From Vairimorpha necatrix (lineage: Eukaryota), in the NCBI GenBank assembly GCA_036630325.1, contig CP142728.1, positions 1-64,000 on the forward strand: a DNA stretch of 64,000 nucleotides, written 5' to 3'. The notes under the pieces are model-generated. The model was given only the letters and a program-made list of their open reading frames with translations, was not told the origin of the DNA and did not search any database. Shown here piece by piece: positions 1-12,814 of this stretch. Positions within the stretch are counted from its first letter, which is position 1, and each line of letters begins with the position of its first letter. The position numbers and the translations under genes are program-made.

Positions 1-1116
1 TACCTAACCTACCTAACCTACCTAACCTACCTACCTACCTAACCTACCTACCTAACCTACCTACTACCTACCTACCCTACCTAAACCACCTACCTACTAC
101 CTAAACCTAACCTAACCTACCTACCTAACCTACCTAACCTAACCTACCTAACCTACCTAACCTAACCTACTACCCTACCTAACCTACCTACCTACCTACC
201 TAACCTACCTACCTAACCTACCTAACCTACCTAACCTACCTACCTAACCTAACCTAACCACCTACCTAACCTACCTAACCTACCTAACCTACCTAACCTA
301 CCTAAACCACCTAACCTAACCACCTACCTATAACCTACCTAACCTACCACCACCTACCTACTACCTACACCACCTACCTAAACCTACCTAAACCTAAACA
401 CCTACTACCTAACCTACCTACCTAACCTAACCTAAACCTAACCTACCTAACCTAACCTACCTAACCTACCTACCTAACCTACCTAACCTACCTACCATAC
501 CTAAACCTACCTAACCTACCTACCTACCTACCTAACCTACCTACCTAAACAACCTAACCTAACCTACCTAACCTAACCTAACCTACCTAACCTACCTAAC
601 CTACCTACCTAACCTACCTAACCTACCTAACCTACCTACCTACCCTACCTACCTACCTACCTAACCTAACCTAACCTACTCTAACCTACCTACCTAACCT
701 AACCTACCTAACCACCTAACCTACCTACCTACCTAACCTAACCTACCTACCTACCTAACCTAACCTAAACCTACTAACCTACCTAACCTACCTAACCACC
801 TACCTAACCTACCTACCTAACCTAACCTACCTAACCTAACCTACCTAACCTACCTAACCTACCTAACCTACCTAACCTACCTACCTACCTAACCTACCTA
901 ACCTAACCTACCTACCTACCTAACCTACCTAACCACCTAACCAACCTACCTAACCTAACCTACCTACCTACCCTACCTACCTACCCTACCTACCTACCAC
1001 CTACCTACCTAACCTACCCTAACCTACCTACCACCACCCTACCCTACCTACCTACCTAACCTACCTACCTACCTACCTACCTACCTACCCTACCTACCTA
1101 CCTACCTAACCTAACT
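1..1116 (+). repeat. Telomeric array, C-rich strand, mixed (CCTAA)/(CCTA) units = TTAGG/TAGG on the minus strand
   Basis: About 1.1 kb made almost entirely of CCTAA and CCTA units at the window start, with the C-rich strand oriented as expected for a left chromosome end; it ends abruptly near 1116. Confidence 0.92.
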
Positions 1117-1281
1117 AACACGTAAGCTTTTAGCCCTCAAAACTTCATCAATCTTTTGTTTAAAAAATTTATCAGTTAAATCAATATGTAACTAAAATAA
1201 ATAAAAAAAGAAAATTTTTAATAAAAATTTATCTAACTATTTTTTTTATTCAATTATTTTTTTTTCAGATTAATGATTATA

Positions 1282-4200
1282 TGTTATACATTTATTTAAT
1301 AGGAAAGTTCAACCCTAACATTTCTCCTTCAAACGGGTAGTCTCACGTTACAAGCTTTTAATTTTCCATTTTTATAATCTTTTAGGTTATAATGTCGTTT
1401 CTTAATGTATCTTCCGCTATCAGTCCTTACAATATAAGAATCATTCTCACACTTTCCCATTATTTTACCAACACTTGTAAATCTTCTTTTCATACTTTTC
1501 ATCTATTTACCCAAGTTTTCTCTTCTTGTGATTCTCACAGCCTGATCTACTTTAAATTTTTCTCTATGCCTTTGTTTAAACTTACTTGCATACACACCTT
1601 TTTTATCGTTTTCAATAAAGACTTCTTTTCCTTGTTCTTTTCATGCTTTCATTGGTGTACATTTTATCGCTGTGTAGAGTGTTATTTAGGTTCTTACATG
1701 TTGTTCTAGTTTTTCCTCTGGGTTTCCTTCTTTTTGTTTAATCATCGATTCCCTTATTGTTTAAATGCATTCGTTTTATTCTTCAATTAACCCTATGAGC
1801 TTCTAAACATACTTTTCATTGCATAATTCCATTTTCTTTACACCAAGTTACAAACTTCTCACTGACAAATTCCTTACCGGAAACCGTAATATATTCATCT
1901 TGGCACCCATCTTCCTTTATTCATTTTTTAAAATTTTAGTAATAACATCACTTCCTTTATTTTCCATCTTTGCGCCTTATACTTTTCTTCTAAGTAGTCA
2001 ATCCCTAATAGCAGGTATTTTTTGTTTTCCTCGATAACAATTACGTGTAAAGCTACTTTTTCTAATTTCTTAAATATAGTTACAAAATTGCAACCTCCAG
2101 TCGTTTTTCTGTTATTAATGCACTATATTCCACAATTTTTTAGCGTTGTGGATATCTGGTCAAATAGCTGGTCAGTACAATCTTTGTTTTTCCTTATAAT
2201 AAGGTCTTTTTCACTTCACGATGATTTAATTCCTCATGAACTCTGCGAATTTCTGTTCTCATTTATTTTTTTGTGTTGTATTTAATAATTTCTATTGTTG
2301 AGAACTTCAAATAGTTTTTACCTTCTCTTTTAACCATGCGCTTTTTTCTTTCCCTTTCATCTGTTTTTGGATCCGTTTCTCTCTTTCGCCTTTTTCAATT
2401 ACTTCGTTATTTTCAAATTGTCTGATAAGAGCATCCAGATTCATCATAAATTTTCCTTTTACATATTCAATAGTAAAATCGAACTCTTGTATATATTCTA
2501 TACATCTCTTAATTTGTTATTATTGAAAAATGGTTTGTTTCTAATATCCATGTATTTTATGTTCTGTCATTTAATGAAATTTGCTTCCTCCAAATCTGAC
2601 TCGAATTTTTTTATTCCAAATAACGCTGCCAACATCTCTTTTTCACTAATCGTATACTTTTTATCTGTTGGTGTTAAATTTATGATGCCCTTTGTATCAG
2701 AATCCACATTCCTTGTCTTCTTGTAATAGTATACCTTCAATTCCCTTATCGCATGCACACGTTCTTACTCTAAATATTTTTTTTATCTATCTTCTATTTT
2801 TAATTTTTTCACATCCTTTAAATCCTCTTTGATATCCATAAAAGCTCTTCCATATCTTGGGACCATTTTCATTTACTATCTTTTTTTAGTGCTCTTGTAA
2901 GAAGCGCTGACCGATAAGCATAATGATGAATAAAATCTCTTAACCAGCCTGCCCGCTCCTCAACTCTTCTAAGATCTTTTATGTTGTTAGGCTTTCTGTA
3001 TTCTAATGTCTACTCCTATATATTTTTTCGGTTTAATGTCTTCTCAGTTAATTGTTACTCCAAGTAGTTTTTCTTCTCCTAATTTATATTGTATCTTTCT
3101 TGAGTTTACTTTTAATCCACATTCGTTTAATTTTCGAATCACTAGTTTTAAAAAATTTTCGTGTATATTACTATCTCTTGCATGAATAATAATATCATCC
3201 ATGTATACCTCAACACTCTTGCCTCTAAACTTATCTAAAACTTCGTTCAGCACTCTTTGCATAATATAGGGAGATTGTAAATCCCATTACCATGCTATTC
3301 CATTCAAAACTCTAACATTTATCTCAAAAGCTGTCTTATGCTTTTGAGTTCTCAAATTCTATATGATTGAATCCTTCCTTTAGGTCTATAACCATAAATA
3401 CTTTAGAACCTTGCTTTGCTCTAATAATGTCTCTAATCAATGGCAATTCATACGTATCTTTTTAAACCAGTTCGTTTAAAGCCATCATATTGAATACCGA
3501 TCTCACTTCACTATTTAATTTTTCTATGGGCTTTATTAGGCTTCTCCATTCACTCTTTGTCCTTCTGATAATACCTCTAATTTCTAATAATTAATATACT
3601 TTTCTAACTTTTCTCGAAGATTATAAGGAATATTTTGTTCTTTTTTAACTACTTTATCTCATTGTTTTGTTATGATAAAACATTATCCCCCTGTTAAGTA
3701 TTTTATTTTCCCTTCGTCTTTTCTTAATACCTATGGAAATTTTCCTTCCAATTCTTCATATTTATTAATATTTTTTCTTCTTTTATCTTGGTTTGTATTT
3801 TTTACATAAAAACTATTTCTTGAGTTCTCTCTTTCTACCTCCACTGGTAGTCGAAATTTAAAATCATTTCCTTTTAATATTTTCATTTTACTATTATCAT
3901 GAATGCCAAAATATTAACACTTCTATTTTCATTATTCTCTTCCTGTCTTTTTAGTTTGCTCCATACAACCTCTAGCTATATGTATAATTCTTCCACATAT
4001 AAAACAATGTTTTTCTTCTCGTCTTTGTTATTGAAAGTTTCTTCCTGGCACTGCTACAGCCCTGTCAATTATCCTTTAATCTTCTTTTTAATTTTTCTTT
4101 TATAACCTCTACCATATCTTCTAGTTCTCTACTCCTTATTTTTTCCTTGTTCTTATTCTTTTCCTCTTCAACAACTAATTTATCAATTTTATCAATAATA

Positions 4201-4449
4201 TCATTTCAATTAATCATACTGATTAAATTTTTATCAATAATAAAATCCTGAAGTATAAAACTTACTTGTTTTATCGATGCTTCGTTGTCACATCTTCTAC
4301 ATTTTTTCTGCATTCTGATGATTGCTTCGCCTCTCTGAGCTTCTTTTAGTAATTTTCTCTTCTCTTAAACACAGGTCTCACTTGTTACCCTTTCGTCTTT
4401 TGTGTTTGCCATGTTATAAATTTATTTAATAGGAGGTTCAACTTTAACA
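1282..4449 (-). mobile_element. Decayed Ty3/Gypsy LTR retrotransposon, related to the 12815-15890 element
   Basis: Diverged LTRs at 1282-1320 (39 bp) and 4412-4449 (38 bp) with TG..CA ends; TSD TTATA at 1277-1281 and 4450-4454; PBS-like TGGCAAACAC; degraded PPT at 1321-1330. ORF fragments VEVYMDDIIIH (RT) and YTISEKEMLAALFGIKKFE (RNase H), with many stops and frameshifts. Confidence 0.9.
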
Positions 4450-5107
4450 TTATAATTAAAACAAAAAGTATTTTTGGTCTAATTTTGCGAACAAATTTAT
4501 GTAATAATATATTTTAAAAATATGAAATTATGTCTTTATTTTGTAATATATATTATTGATAAAAATGTCAATTTTTGTGTTTTAACATATTATTTACTAG
4601 AAATATTCGTATTATACCAAAAAAAAATATTTTAAAGATATTATACAAATAACATAAATTTTGAATGCTGTACTAACGCATATATACAGACACAGGAGCT
4701 TATACTCTTCGGAAAGCCTATGATAAACTCTTTGAATAAAAAAATTGGATCATTATTTCAAGAAAGTAAAAGGACTTAATAATTTGAAAACATTAAGGAC
4801 TAGATTGCAGTGTTTGTTTGAAAATACAATACGAATAACTAATTACATTTGAATATTTCACTATAAAATTTTGTGATTTTAAAATAGATCAATAAAAGTA
4901 ATTATGATTTATCTAAAGTAATATGATTTAATTTATTTTAATAGAATAAAAAATTTTCGAAAAAAAATTTTTCTAGGAATTTTTTATTATATTTATATCT
5001 ACTTGGCTGCTGCATGTGGATGCGGCTTCTTCTTATGTACAATCTTATTTATCTATATATTTGCCCAACTGTTCAGGAAGTCTTTTATAATTACAAATGT
5101 TATTGTG

Positions 5108-5156
5108 TGTTATATATCCTTATTATTTTTACCCCTCATTATGGAAAATAAACACA
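5108..5156 (+). repeat. 5' LTR (49 bp) containing CCCC motif, start ATG (5141) and AATAAA (5147-5152)
   Basis: Exact direct repeat of 8242-8290. Confidence 0.95.
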
Positions 5157-8100
5157 TGGGGGCGATACCAGAAAATGGGTCTACAAAGGAGGACCGTGGC
5201 CAAGAGGCTAGAATATTATTAAAAGAGGTTAAAAGGATTGTTTATGAGTTGTTTTTAGAGAAAATTGATGAGTGTGGATTTAAATTAGAAATTTTTAGGA
5301 GAGGTTCTATTTTATTGAGAAATTTTATTGTTGAGAGGATCTCGCAAGAGGGTAGTTGGAAGGAAATTGAGGAAAAATTAGAGTTGCTAGCTATTCAGGA
5401 GGAAAAGGAACAAGTGAGAAAAAAAGAATTTGAAGAGTTGTCCCTAGCGTTATGGGCTAAATTTGAGGAGAAGAATAAGTTGTCTCGTGAGGAAAATAAA
5501 AAGAATATGCGTTGCTACAATTGTGGGAAGTTAGGCCATAGTGTTAGATTTTGTAGGGGAATGAGGCGAGATTCTGAAGACAGAAGAAATAAAAGTAGTT
5601 TTAATTATGTTGGTAAATGTAAAGTGCAATTAGACTTAGAGGGTAAATGTGATGACGATTCCAATTCGGACAAATGTGATTATTATAATGTTGATGGTGG
5701 GAAACGTAAGAAGAAAAATTTAGGGGATATACAAGATTATAGCAAAAAGGACAATAATAAGAGAGTTCTGTTGAGAAGGGATGTAAGAGGCATCGCGTAT
5801 TTAGAGGAGATTATTTCACGGGTAGGAGGAAGAGAGGATGAAGATATTAGTTTTTGTAAGGTTGAAAAATGTATTATCAAGACTCAAGAAGGCAAGAAAG
5901 TTGTTAAAAAAGGGCAGGCTATAGCTCAGGCTTTGTTGAAGAAGACGGAAGATTATATTAATAATTTGGAAAGAAGAAAGATAATTAGAAGGTCGACATC
6001 TGACTATAGAAATCCCATTAGAGCGATTGAGAAACCGAATTGTGATATAAGATTAGTAAGTAATTTAATTGCTCTTAATGACATTGTAGAGAAGGATCCT
6101 TATGAGTTAACTAGGATAAGAGATGTTATTAGAAGTACACAGGGATCTGAATTTTTTACCGTGATAGATCTAAAGGAGGGGTTTTATAGTATTGAGATTG
6201 AAGAGAAGGATAGGTTTAAGACGGCTTTTGAGTTTAATAAAAAGGTATACGAGTGGAATTCGATGGTCATGGGGTTTAAAAACTCACCGCAGATATTACA
6301 AAGAATAATGAATGGGATTTTTGAAAAATTTATTGGTAAGGGAATCGAAATTTATATGGACGATATTGTGATTCATAGTAAGACAAGAGAGGGTCACGAC
6401 AAATTGTTGAAAGAGGCTGTGGATATATTAGAGGAGAATAGTATGAAAATTAATTTGGCTAAGGTTCAATTATGTAAACGAGAGTGATGTTGTTAGGAGT
6501 AACAGTTAATGGCAAGGAGATACTGCCATCTGAAATAAAGCAAAATGAAGCGTTAGAATTTCCCAAACCGGAGTGTGTATCAGATGTTAGGAAGTTTCTT
6601 GGGCTGGCTGGATGGTTTAGAAATCATATTGATAATTATGCAAAACGTACATTGGCGTTGACGGATTCTCTTAAAGGACGAGGAAGTAATTGGAAATGGA
6701 CAGAAGAAATGGAAAAAGAATATATTAGTTTAAGGGAAGTGATTAGGGATTTAAAAGGTTTAGCAATTGTTAATTATAATAAGGAATTTTTGTTACGCAC
6801 GGATGCGAGTAATGTTGGAATGGGTGCTGTTTTAATGCAGGAAGATGATCAAGGTAATTGGGTACCAGTACAGTGGGCATCAAAAAAGTTTACGCCTACG
6901 GAAACGAGATATGGAATCAGTGAGAAGGAGATGTATGCAGTCTTTTGGGGAATTAAAAAGTTTGAATATGAACTACGCGGAAGAAGATTTAGGGTAGAAA
7001 CTGATCATAAGGCATTGATCGAGATTAGAAATAAACCAGCATTTAACAATAATAGAATTAACAGGTGGATTGAAAAGATTCAAGAGTTCGACTTTAGCAT
7101 TGAATATAGAGAGCCTAGTACCATGGTTGTAGCAGATGCACTGAGTAGGGTACATGAAAATGAGAAAACGCTAATGAATAAGGAGAGAAGTATTAAACAG
7201 GCACAGGGTAAATGGGACAAGCATGTTAAAGTTGTTGATGGGAAGGAAATTTGGGTATTTGACTCTGGTAGAGAAGCGGAGATTCCAAAGAAAGAATTGC
7301 GTGAAGGTTTAATTGTCAATGCTCATGAAAATTTGGGACATAGAAGTTTAGGATCAGTGTACTATGCAATGAAGTTTGAATTTTATTGGCCGGGTATGAA
7401 GAAGGATATCGAGGATGTTTTAAAGAAGTGTGAAGTTTGCCAAATATATAATAGGAAAAAGAGTGGTGGTTGTGATTTTGTTAGTTCAAGATTTTATTTG
7501 GAAAAGGTTGCTTTGGATTTGATTGAGTTTAGAGATTTAGGGAAATATGTGTTGGTCGTGATTGATTATTATACTAGGATCGTTTGGGGAAAAGTAATAG
7601 AGGACAAACGCGGAAGCTCGGTTGTAGGATTTTTAAAACAGTTGTGTGGATCAGGAATGAAACCGGTAGAAATAATTACTGACAACGGTAAAGAATTTAG
7701 TAATGAATATATGAGGAATTGGTGTTCAGAGGAAAATGTATTACATAGGAAAGTAAGCGTAGAAAGTCATAGAAGTAATGGAAGAGTGGAAAGGGTAATA
7801 GGAACCATAAGAGAAGGAATATTGAAAGATGATGCTGTGGATTTTGAAGCCAAGGTTAATAGATGTATATGGCGTTATAATAACAGCTATCATGAAGGGT
7901 TGAGATGTACACCGTTTGAGGCCTCAAGAGACGAAACGGGCCATGTTATGATCGAGAATGGACCTGAAGGATTTTATAGTAGGAGGTTTGTGGCTCGCAA
8001 AAGAGAGAAATTCTATAAAGGTCAGAGAGTTAGGGTAGCGAAGAAAGAGAACTTATCGGGTTGTAGTAAGTATGAGAAAGGAAGGTTTTTAGGATATGGT

Positions 8101-8214
8101 GTTATCAAGGAAGTTTGCGGAGGTGACTCGTACTTAGTTAGTTTGGAAAATGGTAGGATCGTGAAAAAGCGGCATTATGATTTAAAAGGTCTGCTTGGGA
8201 TTAATGAGTTCTAG
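5141..8214 (+). CDS. Gag-Pol polyprotein (Gag with CCHC knuckle, RT, RNase H, integrase); one frameshift at ~6483; no recognisable protease
   Basis: Motifs CYNCGKLGHSVRFC; IDLKEGF and YMDD; TDAS/EKEM/TDH/ADAL; HENLGH..CEVC; LDLIEF/TDNGKEF/NGRVERV. The true start is likely ATG 5141 (or 5156), not the track's TTG 5003, which lies outside the TSD. Confidence 0.93.
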
Positions 8215-8241
8215 TATGAGACTACCGTCTTGGAGGGGGGA

Positions 8242-8290
8242 TGTTATATATCCTTATTATTTTTACCCCTCATTATGGAAAATAAACACA
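8242..8290 (+). repeat. 3' LTR (49 bp)
   Basis: Identical to 5108-5156, preceded by the PPT and followed by the TSD. Confidence 0.95.
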
Positions 8291-11200
8291 TTGTGTCTAT
8301 TTTTTATGTTCTTGTCGTAACCTCGGGTGAGGTGTCCGAAACGAAGTTGTTGTTCTATGAATGAACAAATAAAGGGTTTTGTTTTAATTAAGTGTTTATT
8401 TTTATGATCTCTCTGTGGAGTCATGTTTACTTGTTGTCTCTCTGAGCTATTATATCTTTGCATCTTTTTTGTGTGCCCTTCTTTTCATATTTTTTATTTA
8501 TAGAAAATATTTTCTATAATTCACTTTTTCTAAAAATTGAAAAATATGAAAAATTTAAGAAATAATTGTGGTGGATACCACAGTTCTCTTTGGGATTCAA
8601 TTTTCTATGGTTGAAAATATAATATTTTAAAAATGAGAGGGTGTTAAAATATTGGATAATTGAAAAATACTTCCTATATAAAATATACTTGATATGTGAT
8701 CATAATGCCTTAGATATGTTTTGTTTATACTTATATTATATCTTTAATAACCGTTAGATTTACTTCTTGATTGATCTTCATATAAGTTCAATTATGAAGA
8801 GAATTAGTTTGATATATTTGATAACCAGTAAATATTGAAAAGTTTTGCGATTCAGATATGTGGTTTATTAAAATTATTGCGTAAAAAATTTCGGATAGTT
8901 TAAAAGTAACATAACATTCTCTATGAAAATGTTTTACTTAATGTGTTATGTTAAAATGTTATTTTTTATGATAAAACCAATTCATGGATTATTAAAAAAT
9001 TTTTATTTTTAATTAAATCATTAGATTGATTTTATTCTACGAAAATCAAAATGTTTATTCCAAAAAAATCATGAAGATTTTTTTGTTTTAATAATTGAAA
9101 TTTAATTTATCAATTTATTATTATTTTTTTTTATCATTTAATATTTAAATTAAATATAATTTAAAAAAATTAGAAATCGTCATCCGGATGTATGTTTAAT
9201 ATGTAATTGTGTTTATGCATAAAAATATTTTCTGTCATTATTAAAGATAAGATTTGTTTTTTTAATTTATACGCTCTTACATTATATTATCCTTAAATTT
9301 ATATAAATATCTATTAATTAGTTGCATTGGGTTTTGTTTATTTGTTTTATTTAACCTTCTTAGCTCTTATTGATTTATATTTTTAAATTCTTCGGTTAGT
9401 GTAAGATATTTTTCAAAAATTTACTTAAAATGTATTTATTTTGATTTTATTTTTATCATAATTATAGTATCATTAATAAATACGTGGACTATATTATATT
9501 TACTAGAAAAATTCACATGAAGAAATACGAAATTCATATCCAGCCTAGTTTTGTGTATAAATTTACAATTTGTATGAATACTGATAGTCTTATTTTTTTT
9601 TTTAATATTTTACTGACCATTATTAGATTTATTTCTTAGTATTTATCATTATTTCCATTGAAATAATTTTTTGTATTTTATTTTATAATTTTTTTACAGA
9701 TTATTACAAAAATTTCAAAATAATGTTGTAATAAAGGATAACAGAATGAAATGTCGTTCGTTGTGTTCCTCTATAGATGTTTATATTTTATTTTCGTCGT
9801 ATGTCTTTATGTTTCTTTAAGACTTTAAATTTTTATTTATAAATTTTCTTGATATTATTTGGTTTATATATGCTACATTTTTATAATAATTTTAAAAACT
9901 TAAGTTAAGCATAAAAAATGAGTTTTTAGATATGAAGAACTTTCCAATGTTTCCTTGCGATAAATAGTATTGAATATTTTACTATAAGAATGATTTAAAT
10001 CATTTATAAAACTTTTTCAAATATTGATAGTTTTTTGATAACTTTAATCTACAATTTTCTAAAACCCTCCATGATATGGTTTCTTTTGAAATACAAATAT
10101 ATGAAAATTTTTAATAGATTATTTTTAATATTTTTATAAATTTTTCGTTATTGAATCATATGTTTCTCGTGTAGGTTGTATATATCATCATGTTTAATAA
10201 TGTAGGTGTAATATATTGATTTAAATTTTGATTGATATATTTTTTTTAAAAAAAGATTAAGTTGTTATATGTTCTAAAACTATTACTTATTTTAATCAGT
10301 CGTATGTGTATTATTATGAGCGAAATTTGAAAATAAAAAATTCAATTTAATGATCAAAAAATATTATTTTCGTTTTAGTGGTTGAGATTTCTAGATTAAT
10401 TAGTCGTGAAAATTTAATTTTATGAAAATTTTCTTCTTTTTACTTATCTAAAATTATTTGAACGTTAAGTTTGAATGTTTTTATTAACTATTCTAAATGA
10501 AAATGTTTATTTTCAAAACGAGTTTAAGTCCAATACGTTTTTTTTAAAAAAAAGTTATCCTACTACTTTAAATATATTTTCTTTTAAAAATTATTTTTGT
10601 AATATTAACCTCAATTATCTTTATTGAAATTGTATTTCGAAATATATTAGTTTTTTCAAAGATTTTTATTGGCATTATGTTTATTTTACTTGTAGATAAA
10701 TCTTTATGTATTATAAAATTTGTATTGAAGTAAAAAATTTTCTTGACCTTTTCATACTTAGATTCAATCTAACGCATTTTATTGAACTATAGACAATATA
10801 TAATATCATAATTAAATTTCAATTTTTCTTCAAAAATATTGACTATAACAGTTATATAAAAATTTTGATATAAAAATTTTAAATATCTTATAATTATAAG
10901 ACAAAGAATGAAATTTTTTATTTTATAAGAGGAATTTTTAAGTTTAGTCTTTTAACTAATAATATTTCATTTTTTGCTAAATAAGAATAATTTTTATTTT
11001 TTTATTTAAATATGTGTAAATGAATTAATGTATATTCTAAAAATTTAAATTCTTAAGCATACTTTTAAATTATCGAGACTAACGATATATAAATATAATT
11101 TAAGTTTTTTTTATTTCCAAGATTTTTATTTGTTTTTCAGAAGTATTACCATTATGTTAATATTTAATATATGCAATTCAAACTTTTAGACTTTTCTTTT

Positions 11201-12814
11201 ATTTTTTTGTAAATAATCTTGAAAACGTCTTGGTAAAGATTATATAGTATTATAATTGAGAAATATTTGTCGTGTATTAACATATTTTTAGTGGGGTTTT
11301 TTTATTTAAAAAAAGCTAGTATTAATCATGTTTATTTTATGTTAATACTCTTTATATAAATTAAAATTATTTTCTTCTTAAATAAATAAATTTTGAAATA
11401 TATATTTTTTTTGCGTGTAACTATGGTATATAAGGTTTTTTAAATTTAGATTTCATACCTAATTCTATTATTGTTTTTAGCTGTATTGGATTTATATGCA
11501 TTTCTATTCCCCCCCCCCCCCGTTTTTTTGGTTTTATTTTTTTGGCTTATGCGACGCCTTTTTAAAAATCTCAAAAACGTTTTATTCACAACAACCTTGT
11601 ATTAAATTGTATGTGCTCTTTTTTTTATTTAATTATTCATAATTTAAAATTTACTAATTATTTCTTATTATATTATATTATAGAAAATATATTCAAGTAG
11701 GTTTTCCCTAGAATTTTTTAAAATCAATAACATAAATGTTGTTTCTAAGTAAAATTCTTTTTACCGTTACTGAACGATTTACAATTAATAGGTCATATTT
11801 TATATTGTTAATTTAATATAATTTTCTTAATTCTTCTAATTATACATTAAATAAATGTTTTTCTAATGAATATATAATTTTACGATAATTGATGTTTGAA
11901 TCTAGAAAATTTTTTTTTCGTAAATGAACTCTTTTTATAATATTTCGATCTTCATACTTAAATTTTAATCTAATTATTATATAAAAATATTATACTTAAC
12001 GGATTTAGAAAGTTTTATTTATAACAAAAGAGCGATTATCAAATATTTAACCGATAGATATTTATATTGTTTTATTATTTCATTAAAATTAATAATAAAA
12101 TAATATATTTTTATAAATATGATACTAGTATTAATGATTTTACTTTTTAGAATTTTTTGGTCATAATTTCTAATTTTGTGTGGTCAATATGATTGTAAAC
12201 AACAAAGTAATATTTGTGAAATTTGTTTTTTACTAACTTCGATTTCAAAAGTCTACTTTGTTTTATAACTGAAACTTCTTTAGAATTCTATAAACCAAAA
12301 AAATGTAATATACGAGGTTAATCGAAATTCGTTTAAAATTTTTATATAATATTTGTTTTCGTTTTTTTACCATTAGTAATTATTATACTTAATAACGTGT
12401 ACATATTAACCATGTTTGAATATATATATAGTTGATTTTTTAGTATATTTTATAGTTTTAAAATCGTCTGATAAGTTCTAGATAATAAAAAAAAATTGCT
12501 TGTGTTAATTGTACTTATATAATACTATATGCAATATTGGGATTTCTTTTTGTTTATCTTGGCGTAGATTTTAATATAAAAGAAAATTGTATTTCATCTA
12601 ATATCTTGATTGTATATCTTATTTTAAATTCTTATGTATTTATAGTGCAAAGCAATATGAATGAATCATATGTATATCTTTTCTTTATAATCCAATATTA
12701 TCTAGTCATCATCATCATATATATAAAAGAATTTTATTTAATTTTTTACCCCTCTTTTTTGTGATTTTGAAATTTCTAAACGATACATTTTGAGGCTTTT
12801 ATGTTATTATAATA

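Larger units (their letters stand above)
5108..8290 (+). mobile_element. Young Ty3/Gypsy LTR retrotransposon, 3183 bp, 49-bp LTRs
   Basis: Identical LTRs at 5108-5156 and 8242-8290 (TGTT..CACA); TSD TTGTG at 5103-5107 and 8291-8295; PBS TGGGGGCGATACC from 5157; PPT GGAGGGGGGA at 8232-8241. Confidence 0.97.

Noticed and set aside
1-1116. CRISPR array or coding low-complexity region
   Set aside because: There are no unique spacers; it consists of simple 4-5-nt units typical of telomeres.
5003-5140. N-terminal hydrophobic extension (env- or membrane-like) of Gag in the ORF track
   Set aside because: It starts at a TTG outside the TSD, so it is chance read-through from flanking DNA and not part of the element.
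5108-5156. Short direct repeats as long target-site duplications of a host promoter
   Set aside because: They have TG..CA ends, an adjacent PBS and PPT, and separate 5-bp TSDs outside them, so they are LTRs.
6478-6490. Programmed ribosomal frameshifts between the ORF pieces (also ~13635, ~14170, ~40386, ~43600)
   Set aside because: The breaks lie inside RT, RNase H or integrase at different positions in each paralog. Most are in homopolymers and a 1-nt fix restores the paralog sequence, so they are more likely consensus errors or recent indels.
11508-11521. Poly-C tract
   Set aside because: Isolated homopolymer with no associated structure; its length is unreliable.
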